Assembly: GCF_000143415.4 (NCBI RefSeq)
Contig: NW_003314301.1
Span: 592,336-656,335 of the forward strand
DNA length: 64,000 nt
Reading direction: 5' to 3'
DNA from: Selaginella moellendorffii
Taxonomy: Eukaryota > Plantae > Lycopodiophyta
This document shows, piece by piece, positions 11,935-21,982 of the stretch. Within the stretch, counting starts at the first letter, position 1. Each line of letters begins with the position of its first letter. A program made the position numbers and the translations under genes. The notes beneath the pieces are model-generated. The model saw only the letters and a program-made list of their open reading frames with translations, made no database searches and had not been told where the DNA came from.

Positions 11935-12342
11935 TCATTTGTCTCTAGTTTTCTCGCCTTTAGATCGCTTGCGTGTTTTCAATGGCCACTCCCAGCGCCA
12001 GGATTCTCCAGAGCTATAAGCTTCTAGAAAAAGTCCTCGAGCTGGAAGAACAAAAGAAAGAGAAGATCGTATGAAGTTGCTAGGAAATAGGAAAATCAAA
12101 AGAACTCATACCTTCCCAATATCCAGGATGTTTAAAATCCACGGCCGTGCCAAGGAGCCGCGACCATTTCTTCGGCTCCTCCTAATCAGCATTCACAAAG
12201 AATTTCCAATCCTAGCGAAGATTTCTACTTCGATCGTGGAACTACCCGAGCTTGACCCATTGGTGGCGCTTCATCACTCCGTCTGCGGAGGATCAAAGCA
12301 GCCATTTCTTCCAGATTATCAGGAATGCGCACCTGTCGCCAT
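11935..12342 (-). CDS. Putative 70-aa Trp-rich microprotein, 4 exons (not in the ORF track)
   Basis: Exons 12342-12333, 12282-12257, 12181-12112 and 12041-11935, joined by GT-AG introns of 50/75/70 nt, give MATDGVMKRHQWEEPKKWSRLLGTAVDFKHPGYWEARGLFLEAYSSGESWRWEWPLKTRKRSKGEKTRDK*. A telo-like AAACCCTAG lies immediately upstream. Confidence 0.5.
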
Positions 12343-12456
12343 AAACCCTAGCTTGAGCTAGAAGAAAGAGTGTTACAGGAATCGAGCCTGACACTTCGGC
12401 TTAACCCGGGTTTAGCCTTACCACGCATTTCCATTGATTACATGTATAACTCAATC

Positions 12457-14271
12457 TCAGAGATTTTTCGCTGTGGCCTTCGCTAGGCGAGCACTCGACT
12501 CGGCGATCTTGCCAAGAAGAGTGCTAACTTGGAGTTCGTAGTTGACTGTCAAGTTTTTCTGTAGAGAAACCAAGGATTCAAGCAACTTAAATTTGGAGTT
12601 CCAACATACCAGTTCCAGCAGTAGGCCAAGATGTTTTGCCTGGAGCTGCTCGAAAGTTTCTTCGTGAGAGTAGCTCTTATAAGTCAGCGTGGCGCCTCCA
12701 TTAGACGACTGGAACATCAAACGTGAAGGATATAGAAAAGAACTAAACAAGAAGGGCGTTTGACGCGAACCTCGTTTTGGCTGGCTTGGATGCCTTCCTT
12801 ATCATCCAGGGGAGCCTACAGACGAGCGTTTTAAACGGGAAAAACACGTACAAAGTGAAGTTACCTCAGTTTGTGCGAGTCCTTGCTTTCCACCGTCGCC
12901 TTTAGATGGCTTGCTAGCAGGAGAAGTTTTTTTCAATCCGCTAATTGGTTGTTCGTTCCTGGGATTCGGACTACTGCTTGAAAGCTGGAGCTGAAAAAGA
13001 ACAAAAGCAAGGCTTAGTTTTAAGGAATTATATTTCTACCAGTGAGTTCTGTGTAACTTGGCTGTCAGTGCATGATTTCTTCGCAGACCATTCATGGTTC
13101 TCATCGTCATCACTATCTGGTACAACCAGAGTTGCAACAGCGAGCTTTTCCTGAGAAACACGTTAACAACGGTAGTACAGTCGCTTGCTTACCTCTTCGT
13201 GTCCTCGTTTTTTCCCGCTACAGGATGAAATGACGTTCGCTCCCGTTATCTTGACGTTTACTTCTGTACAGTTCTGTGTTCTCACCTCGACAGCAACACC
13301 TAGATCATTATTCAGGTTGTTCGCCTCGACAGCAGCACGAACTGTGGGTTCAATTTGACATGTCCCATTGTTGTGCTTGCCTTCCTCATTGTGATTTCTG
13401 CATAGCCCGTGAAGAGTTAACATTGAGAACTAAGTGATACGTTAACACACCTGAGAAAATCCTGAAGGTAGTCAACCAAAGGATAAATATGAAGGTAGTC
13501 TACAGCTTGAGATGCACGTACTTCCCATCCATATGATGATATAAAATCGCCCTTCGCCCTGTATGTAACACCGCAAGAAGCTTTGAGACAAATAAGAGAA
13601 TAAAACTTGTCGCACATTACTTTAGGAAGAGACTCTCCAGCGGCATCCATTCGAAATCTTCGATCCCGCCGCCCAACTTAGGCTGGACATGGTCCTTGCA
13701 GACCATGATATACAGACGAGTGTTGTCCCCTTTCTGACTCATGGCACGGAAATGGTGGAAACGTTGCTCAAGTTGTACACAACCCGGCTCAATCTCTGAA
13801 GGAAAGAAGGAAAAGAATAAGAGAAGAATGAAGAAACCAAGTTACTCACCCACATTTTCCCGAATTGCCGAATACGCACAGTCGAGAGGATCACCATTGT
13901 CCGCTACTTCCTTTTCCACAAAGGACCACAGACCACGAGTGATCAAGCTCTTCACAAGCAAGCAACTCTTCCTGTCCTTGCTTAGAAGGAGAACCGCAAC
14001 TCTGGTAATGGTATCACCGGTTGCGGCACCTTCAGCGGCAGAGAAAGCTGCCTGGACTCTCGCTTCTGCTAGGTCCGTTTCTCGTCCAGGCTTCACGTAA
14101 TGAGCCAGTCCAAGACGAAAAAACACTGTCTTGCGGCAAAACTCCAGAGGATCGTAGTACTCGAGCTCTAGAACAGACACACGTCTTTAACAAACGCTAC
14201 CAAAAAAGAAAGAAAAAGAACCTGGGAATGACTTGTGTAAGTAGAAGTAGTAGAGCCATGCCGTAGCTTCT

Positions 14272-14306
<35 letters not shown>

Positions 14307-14628
14307 GTTAGAAACCACTCTATTGGATGGTGCAAGAATCGAAAGCAAGGAATACGAAAGAACTCTCGTTTCAACGACGAAACAATCAAGCAAGCCATTC
14401 TACATTCATGATCATCCCCAGGAAAAGAATCGAGCGCGAGGAACACGAAAGATCTCACATTTGGAATGAAAACGCTCGAAATATTTCAAGAAACTACTCG
14501 TAAACCTGTTTGGCGACGAGCTGCGCTCCATAATCCGGGTACTGCTTCTTGCTCAGATCGTGGAGATGGTCATCGACGAGCCGAAAGAGCAGCGCGTCGA
14601 GAGCGTCCCCGGCGTCCACATCCTCCAT
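12457..14628 (-). CDS. Conserved plant uncharacterized protein, At1g05950-like; multi-exon
   Basis: MEDVDAGDALDALLFRLVD..VAKQ | LEATAWLYYFYLHK | RVAVLLLSKDRKSCLLVKSLITRGLWSFVEKEV match the family as I recall it. Coiled-coil-like C-terminus; stop at 12457. Confidence 0.75.
14276..14304. repeat. (GA)n microsatellite forming the intron pyrimidine tract on the minus strand
   Basis: About 14 GA units directly adjoining the CAG acceptor at 14274-14276. Confidence 0.95.
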
Positions 14629-14678
14629 TTATCCCAAAAACCCTAGTTCTCATTGCCAATGGAAGCGCGCTGAAAACA

Positions 14679-15237
14679 CTAGCTACACAGCTTGAGCTTC
14701 TTGAAATGGGAAGAAACGCGCGACTTCCAACACGGCTTTGTGGCCAGGCACGTAGGAAGGTTCTCTGGCTGCTCGATCCACAGCTTGTGATCGATCGATG
14801 CCTCTGCCAGCTTCTTGGAGAGATTGAGGAGCTGGATCTCGCCTTTCACCTCCAGGGTCACCTGGAAATTCTCAGCTCGATCAATCAACAATGCCATGGA
14901 ATTGGAAGTTGGGATCTTCCCCTACCTTGTGCATTGTGTCGATCTTCTCGGGCGAGCAGTACTCGATCGTGTCTGGATCTCCGCGATGCATCCACACGGC
15001 AGCCACCGCGGCATGGCAGCCCTGTGAAATCACGCTCCCCAACGGCCATTTCATCGTCTCCACGAGATCCTTGCGAATGACCACGTATTGGATGAGGACG
15101 TCCTCCTTCGCGGCCTCCGCGGTGGGAATTTCTTGCGCCATGGGCTTGCAGCTCGCGAATCGGCTCCTGGGCGCTGCTGGGAATCGCGGGATTGACGCCA
15201 ATGGAGCCGCGATCCTAGACCCTATAATCACCACCAT
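14679..15237 (-). CDS. Peptidyl-tRNA hydrolase II family (PTRHD1-like), 2 exons; alternative start at 15141
   Basis: LIQYVVIRKDL..WPLGSVISQGCHAAVAA..MHK | VTLEVKGE..HKLWIEQPENLPTCLATKP. The upstream Met adds an Arg/Ser/Ala-rich targeting-like leader. Confidence 0.9.
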
Positions 15238-15284
15238 GAAAGAAAACAGGGCCTCTGTTTTAGGGCTCTTGGGGGGCTCTGTTT

Positions 15285-16034
15285 TTAGGGCTCTTCGCTC
15301 TCGCGCTGGAAGAACAGGATGATTTGGAGGAAGTACTGCGCAAATCCTCCAATACTGGCGAATCGAAGCTCCGTCCCTTCGACACCCTCGAAGTCTCTTC
15401 TCTTGGCAGCTCCAAATCCGCCGTCCAGCCACGCCAGGTTAGTGAATCCATCGCCGTGGAGCTTCTCGATCGCGAGCAAGGACCTGCGAGATAGAGCTCT
15501 ACTCAATCAAACAATTGATATCGATCGATCGATCTGACCGTAGTCCTTCGCCGCAAGCGATCAGGAGCTTGGAATCTTTACTCCGCGCGGCAGCATCGAG
15601 CGCCTGATCGAGAAACTGGATGTTGACAGCCGTGAGCTTGTGCCCCATCCACATTCCAATGTAACCAAAGTGGATCCATTTTTTGAGCAGCGTTATGGGG
15701 CTGAGATCATCGTCCTCCACGAACAGCGGGACATGGATCGATTCGGCCACGAAAGATTTCTGGCGCTCCCAGATCGGTCTCACATCCAGGAGCTTGAATC
15801 CACGCTCAGAGATTAGGGTTTTGGCTTCCTTGGGCGATACCGCGATCACTGCGCCGGATTGGACGAGCTCCTTGGCGTCCTAGATTCCAAGATCGATCGA
15901 TAGCGGCAAGGAATGGAATGGATCAATACCCGCATTGAAGCCGATGGCACTGGGTGGAATTTCTTCCCGGGATTTCGCTTGAGGCGCTGGAAATCCACCG
16001 CGGGAGAACGAAGAGAGGTGGAAGCCATAGCCAT
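15285..16034 (-). CDS. STR10: Rhodanese-like domain protein (STR10-like), 3 exons
   Basis: LLDVRPIWERQKSFVAESIHVPLFVEDDDLSPITLLKKWIHFGYIGMW; LIACGEGLR | SLLAIEKL..NLAWLDGGF. Confidence 0.88.
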
Positions 16035-16259
16035 ATCTTTTAAAATTATAGGGCAAGGGCTCTTATTGGGTAGGGCTGGGTAGAAATATTTTGGCGCTTG
16101 GATCGATCGATCGATCGATCTGGAGTGGCGCATTGCGCGTCGGATCTGGAGATCCAGGACGTGCCGATCGTCGCGAGCAGCAGCGTCCGGCACCGAGGTA
16201 CAAATCTTGAGGAGGCTTGTGGCGGCTCCTCGGGCAGCGACGAGGAATTTGAGGAACAG

Positions 16260-18125
16260 ATGAGGCGGATGCGGCATGAGAGCTCCCAGGAGAAATTTGC
16301 GAAGTACAGGGGGGTCTTGTTGCTGGTATCGATCCCGCTGGGATTGATCTTGGCCGTGATGCTGCTCATGCCACGGTCGACGCTGGAGAATGGCGCAGTG
16401 TCCATCACGGATCCTTTTGATCGCGAGGCATTTGGGAGCCAGTCGAGCTTCGCTGTGATCTTTGACGCGGGGAGCTCTGGAAGTAGAGTCCATGTCTTTC
16501 GATTTAGTTCCGATCTAGAGCTACTCGCCATGGACAATGGTCTTGAACTTTTTAGGCAGGTAAGGAACTAGTTTTGTCCTTTTGAATTTGGTGAGCTAAC
16601 TTTTAGTTCTTTCTTTCTTCCTTGCAGCTAAAGCCTGGATTGAGCTACTATGCCTCTGATCCACGAGCAGCAGCCAACTCCTTAAAGCCACTACTGGATG
16701 CTGCTTTGAAGGTGGTGCCAGAGAATTTGCAAGGAAAAACTCCAGTTCGTCTCGGGGTATGGAAATATTTTTTGCTGCTATTGTTTTCACATTATGTTGT
16801 TTTTGTAAAGGCTACAGCGGGATTGAGAACTCTACCTGGTGGAAAAGCCAATGAGATTTTAGAAGAGGTATGTCTTTGGACGAGCTTTTAGTCTGAGCAG
16901 TAAAACAACTTTCTTGCAGGTTCGAGATCTTTTATCAAATAGCAGCTTTAAGTTCGATCCATCCTGGGTTAGCATTCTTGATGGGGCCGACGAAGGATCA
17001 TTTCAATGGGTAGTTCTTTTGGTGTTTTCTATGTGTCTTTCTAAAGCTCATATGTAACTGCAGGTTACAATAAACTACTTACTAGGCCGCCTTGGAAAAG
17101 ACCTTTCCGAAACTGTTGGAATTGTGGATCTTGGGGGAGGCTCGGTGCAAATGGCTTACGCAATTGCTGAAGAGGACGCCGCAAAAGCTCCAAAGGCGGC
17201 AGCTGGCGAAGACGCTTATGTCAAGACTCTGACGCTTCTCGGAAAGACATACTATTTGTATGTTCACAGGTATGTTCATCATTGGTCGCTTCCAAAGGCC
17301 TCTCGTCACTGACAATATGTGGTGTTATGCGATGCAGCTACTTGCACTATGGCTTGCTAGCAGCTCGGGCAGAGGTGCTCCGACTTGTAAAGACCAATGA
17401 TGAAAATCCTTGTGTTACCTCTGGCTTCAAAGGTAAGCATTGGCCGATCAGCTTATCAGGCTTGAATGATAGTTCTGTTCCAGGCCAATACGTATATGGA
17501 TCAGAGACTTTTGATGCCGTGGGGGGTGCTGATTTTGATCGATGTAGCGATCTCATTGTCAGCGCTCTCGAGATAAATCACACATGTAACTATCTCAAAT
17601 GCACTTTCAAGGGAATCTGGAGCGGTGGCGGCGGTGCGGGTCAGAAAAAACTCTTTGTGGCCTCATTCTTTTTCGATCGAGCATCTGAGGTATGTATATA
17701 CGCATGTGTTTTTGCAACACTCAGGCTTGTTTCAATGTTTCAGATTGGAATCATCAAAGATCCACAGGTTTCAGAGGCAGTTGTTGAGCCCTCTCAGTTC
17801 AGAGACGCCGCCAGATCGATTTGTTCGACGAGTTACGAGGACATGCCAAAGAAGTTCCCAGGCGTTCCAGAGCTTGCGCTGCCGTACATATGCATGGATG
17901 TCCTATACCAATATGATCTTCTCGTCAAAGGCTTCGGTAAGCTTCGTGTATCTTCGTTTCATCCTTTGACGATGTTGTTCCTCAGGTATTCCGGCCAACG
18001 AGAAGATCACGCTCGTGAAGCGTGTCCAATACAAAGGCTACGAAGTGGAAGCAGCCTGGCCTCTTGGTAGCGCGATAGAGGTTGTATCAGGACACAGCTC
18101 CTCGACTCATTCTTTGCAACTCTAG
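16260..18125 (+). CDS. APY: Apyrase (GDA1/CD39 NTPDase), APY1/APY2-like; multi-exon
   Basis: N-terminal TM segment; ACR1 [14 protein letters not shown]; ATAGLR; [12 protein letters not shown]; SYLHYGL; WSGGGGAGQ; [12 protein letters not shown]. Stop TAG at 18123-18125. Confidence 0.94.
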
Positions 18126-18237
18126 GCTAATTATTTGATGGAGATTCGTGAATTCTAGGATATGAAACGGCATTTTAGCCGACGACATGAAGAAAGTCGA
18201 TTTGAATTGTAATCAGCAGACCATCGTTACAGGTACA

Positions 18238-18793
18238 CTACTTCTTTGAAGCAACCTTATCTGGAAAGACGCCTTCCTGGTACTCAGACTCACAGAAATC
18301 TCCGCCAAGTTCATCGCAGGCCTCTCCCGGGAACACACTGCCAAGCACCAATTGTAAGTTAGATTGTAAGTTAGATCTCTTCCTTTTCGTTTTCGTTTTT
18401 GGAGTTCTTACGTTTTTTTTTCTTTGTAGTCGACGTAATCGCGATCAGGCTGCTTCACGGCTTTCACTTCCTTCGGTGGCGATGGCTTGGGCTTCACCTC
18501 TTTTCCAAAGCCTTCGACCGAAGTCCCGACCTCTTCGCCCGCTTCGGCCGGGAAAACGCTGTAAGAAAGAGCTCAATTCTCTCCAGGTAGTACTATAGGA
18601 AGAGATTTCTTCGAAGAACTTACGATTGCTCGCCCTCGTAGGAGACATAATCTTCGTCGTCTGGCTTCGCTGCTAGAGTCGCCACTCGATTGATCCTCCT
18701 GGAGCAAATCCCCGCGAAGCTCCTCCGAGATTTTAATCCTGGTAGATTTCTTTGGTGGAGCTGGTACGGGATTGGAACTCCGGCAGCTTGCAT
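18238..18793 (-). CDS. LIR1: Light-regulated protein LIR1 (plastid), 3 exons
   Basis: Transit-like N-terminus; SVFPAEAGEEVG...RDYVDYKEKK | TVFPGEACDELGGDFCESEYQEGVF. Confidence 0.88.
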
Positions 18794-18847
18794 CTTGGTA
18801 GCTCTTCTCTCTTTTTGATCTTCTTCTCTCGTTCTCTCTTCTCCCAA

Positions 18848-18889
18848 AGATATTTAGATATATTCCCAGATATTCTAGTCTGACGTGGC
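18848..18889 (-). promoter_or_regulatory. Evening-element-like AAATATCT and ACGT box upstream of LIR1
   Basis: AGATATTT at 18848-18855, AGATATTC at 18868-18875 and TGACGTGGC at ~18880. Confidence 0.45.
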
Positions 18890-19429
18890 AGGCTACTGGC
18901 TGTTTGCGTCACCAACGGCTGCGATTAAACGCCATGTTTGTACTATATTTTGAGGAGATCTTAAGAATAACAATATTATTCAATAAAATATAAATTTGAA
19001 CATGTGAAGTCTAATTGTACAGTTATAATGCCATTTCTTCCAAAGCAAACCCAGCAGGAGGGGTAAAAAGGACATCGCCATTTAACAGCTATGAAGAGAC
19101 TTTTGAATTTGCAAATGTGTCTTATATTGGTTGCAATTAGGACCAGCCTTTTTTAACACCCTTATTAAAGTTAAGGGTGAAATTTAACGTTCACACAAAC
19201 CTTTAAGCTAAGTATCAATACTTACCATTTTATTTTTTATTTTTTTTAAGAAGGATTTAATTTGCACATATTTCCCTTATACTTACGGTTAACCCACTTA
19301 ACTTCTAAGTATTTGGTTGTGAGGAGAGCTGCTTGATTGCTAGTGTTGCCGCACTAATAAATTCTCTGTTATGTTCAATCACGGTCGGCTTTTTGTCCAA
19401 TAAACTTCGACTTTGTCGTCCAAGAAACT

Positions 19430-19690
19430 TTGTGTTCGACTTTGTCCAAGAACACGTCCTCGGCGTTCTCTACACTTGAGGTACATGTCGACGAGGTGCT
19501 CACGCAGGTAAAAGGTTTCCTGAAAACCAGACTGTACGACGTGACTGTGAATCTTTTGTGCATCTAGCAGGCTTCCCAGAGAACCACACTCGCGGATGAG
19601 ACGAGCCAGAGTGAAGACGTCGGAGGAGCATAGCTTCGAATCGAGGTGCTCTCTCAAGTTTCTTTGCTTGCACAGTCTATAGTGAGTCCT
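19430..19690 (-). pseudogene. PPR protein N-terminal remnant
   Basis: TLARLIRECGSLGSLLDAQKIHSHVVQSGFQETFYLREHLVDMYLKC, followed by a frameshift and truncation. Confidence 0.75.
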
Positions 19691-19980
19691 CTGACCAGCC
19701 TTCTCATACCCGCTGCTAGAGTTCTTCCTGCGAGCACCATCACGTTGAAGCCTCTGGCAACAGGGGCAGAGCAAAGGTGAAAATTCGTGTTCCAAGTGGC
19801 AAACATCAAGGGCTCGACACACTGGACAAAATCGTGTACGACTTTGGCTCCGAGTTTGTGACTTGTGAAAGCCACTTGCTTCGTTGTTCCCTGGTTACAT
19901 CCACGTTGACGCTTAGCACCGCATTGCTACGGTGGCCTTGTGGACTCTCGTGAAAGAAAGAAGCGATTAAGATTAAGAGT

Positions 19981-21041
19981 TTACGAAACCTCCTTGGCCC
20001 CCTTTACGCGTTGCTCAACTTGGTAAAACAGGCTGCCGTCGTAGATTGCTCGGATATCCTCCTTTGAAGCGAAGCCGTCCTGGTCTTTCATTATTTCGTA
20101 AGCAGGTCGCCATTCGAGCTGGGCTGCGGCCCTGCAGACGCGAGGAACAATTCGATTACAAATCCAAATGCTTTCAAACAGAAATTACCATCCAAAAAAG
20201 TCGTTAACATCGCGGTTTCTTCGTGTCATAGTTAGGATCTCGTCGAATGTCATTTTGTCCGGATGTGTACGCGCAAACTTCGCGAAAGTCTTCTCAAAGT
20301 TGGCTTCGTCAAAGCTGGAAGTTACAGAACACTCTTCACGTCAGGAAAATATAAAGCACACTGAACTTACTTCCCGTCATGATCATAAATTCCCGTGTCA
20401 CTTCCATGTATGCCCTTGTGTATGTTCTTGATGTGAACTGGGAAGAGTAGGTCGGGGATCCAGCTCTGGCAGCAATAGCAAGCTGATGAGATGTTTCATC
20501 GAATAATATGAAAGGGAGACCTCCAACGTCGGATAGCTCAAGGCAACATTAAGTGCAAGTGTGCTGAAAACAGAGAAGGGAATATCGAAACCCAACGCTC
20601 TGAATCCTAAACAAGACCACAGAAAAGAGGAATTGAGACGAAGAAATCTCTAACAACTTAACAGCATACCATTATACGTTTCCCAGGGGTACACTTTGCC
20701 ATCCCCATCCCTATCGAAAAATTCAACATGCAGCTCCAAGGGAGTCTTCCCTTCTGTTGTTAGAGATCAGAATGAGCTCGGAATACAATTCAAAACTACA
20801 ACTTACTTTGATTCATCGCAGTATCTCCATCACTCTTCAACTTACTTTGAGTCGTCACAGTAGCTCCATCATACTCCAGCTTACTTTGATTCGTCGCAGT
20901 AGCTCCATCACTCTCCAACTTACTTTGCTTCATCGTGGCTCTGATGGAGCTGCTGCGGCGTCTGGACTTCAAACCCGAGGCTCTGGTTCCGGAGGCCGGG
21001 CCATTGGAACAGCACGGAGAATAGAACAGGCTTGAAGCCAT
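19981..21041 (-). CDS. Caleosin / peroxygenase with N-terminal transit-peptide-like extension; multi-exon
   Basis: [26 protein letters not shown] (EF hand) | [14 protein letters not shown] | [28 protein letters not shown] | [16 protein letters not shown] | [17 protein letters not shown]. The last exon could splice on to ~19808. Confidence 0.9.
20799..20935. repeat. 39-bp tandem repeat x3.5 at the caleosin exon1/intron1 boundary
   Basis: Units start at 20799, 20838, 20877 and 20916 with ca(a/g)cttactttg; they encode QSKL(E/K)(S/Y)DG(A/D)T repeats. Confidence 0.95.
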
Positions 21042-21231
21042 TGAAAATGCGGGAGCTTCAAGCTTCAACACTTTGTTGCCTCATGAAGAAGGTGCTAGAC
21101 GGAATCAGGGCCGCGCCAGATGTCGGACAATCCGGTAAAGCGTACATGCTGCGCCTGGAACAGCGCCTGTAGGACACATAGCCTCATCGTAAACCTTGCG
21201 ATCCAGGATTCGAATCCAGGATTGCCTATAT

Positions 21232-21240
21232 GCCACGTGA
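21232..21240. promoter_or_regulatory. G-box/ABRE upstream of caleosin
   Basis: GCCACGTGA next to a TATA-like ctatat, ~190 bp above the ATG. Confidence 0.4.
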
Positions 21241-21982
21241 CATAAACTGTGATGTGGCTCCTAAACAATGGTTGAAACTGATGCATTGCTCGTCGAAAAA
21301 GCTAGAAGTTAATTGTTTTTAAAGCTCGAAAGCAGCTAAATTTCCTTCTTAATTTGTTGCAAAATTTAAGATTGGCTTGGATGTAAGAAGTATGGAATTC
21401 TTTGTACCATTTACAAGTGGACAACTCTTTCCATGATGTGTAGGCTTGTGGTGTTTGTTTCTTCGGAGAAGATGAAGTGTTCTAATCACCTTGTTGACCA
21501 TATTTGACCAATAGTTTCCAAGGGGACATTCAGCATTCAGAAGAGCTTAATGAACTTACATTAAAAATAAATTGGCTCTATTTCCCTTTGATATTTTCTA
21601 AACCTTCTATTGTACATTTACCAAGAACTGCACCTTCATGGATAGCTGTCTTTCAAACTAAAGCAAAACTTATCCAAAGACAACTCAAGCTTATCCACAA
21701 TCTTATTCGAATAATTTGTTGCGCTTAGCATCAACCCTTAGTTTGAATTTATTATGTAATTACAATAATTTATCAATTGTCTGGCATATTTCATATTAGT
21801 TCCTATGCTTTGAACATAGAGCCAAGCGGTGAGAGTGGCCAGCACCAAAATATTTTCTCGGCTTTGCAATGGCTTGTTGAAGGTGACGCATATCATTACG
21901 GGTGGAGGAAGCCACAGTATTGCTTCAGGTAAAGCTCTGTCGGAGATGTAGAAAGCAATACGAAATTTTCGATTGTATGCCA

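Noticed and set aside
12186-12277. Box C (GTGATGA) and box D (CTGA) on the minus strand suggesting a C/D snoRNA
   Set aside because: No terminal stem or recognisable rRNA antisense element. The CTGA doubles as a branch-point-like motif and the region is better explained as exon plus intron.
16101-16120. (GATC)5 palindromic microsatellite as a special signal
   Set aside because: Similar GATC runs recur throughout the window (e.g. ~15521, ~45449), so this looks like a genome-wide simple-repeat bias.
18940-19350. AT-rich island as a possible transposon remnant
   Set aside because: No TIR, TSD or coding remnant was recognised.
20799-20935. 39-bp array as a CRISPR-like repeat
   Set aside because: Contiguous units without unique spacers, inside a eukaryotic gene, and no cas genes.
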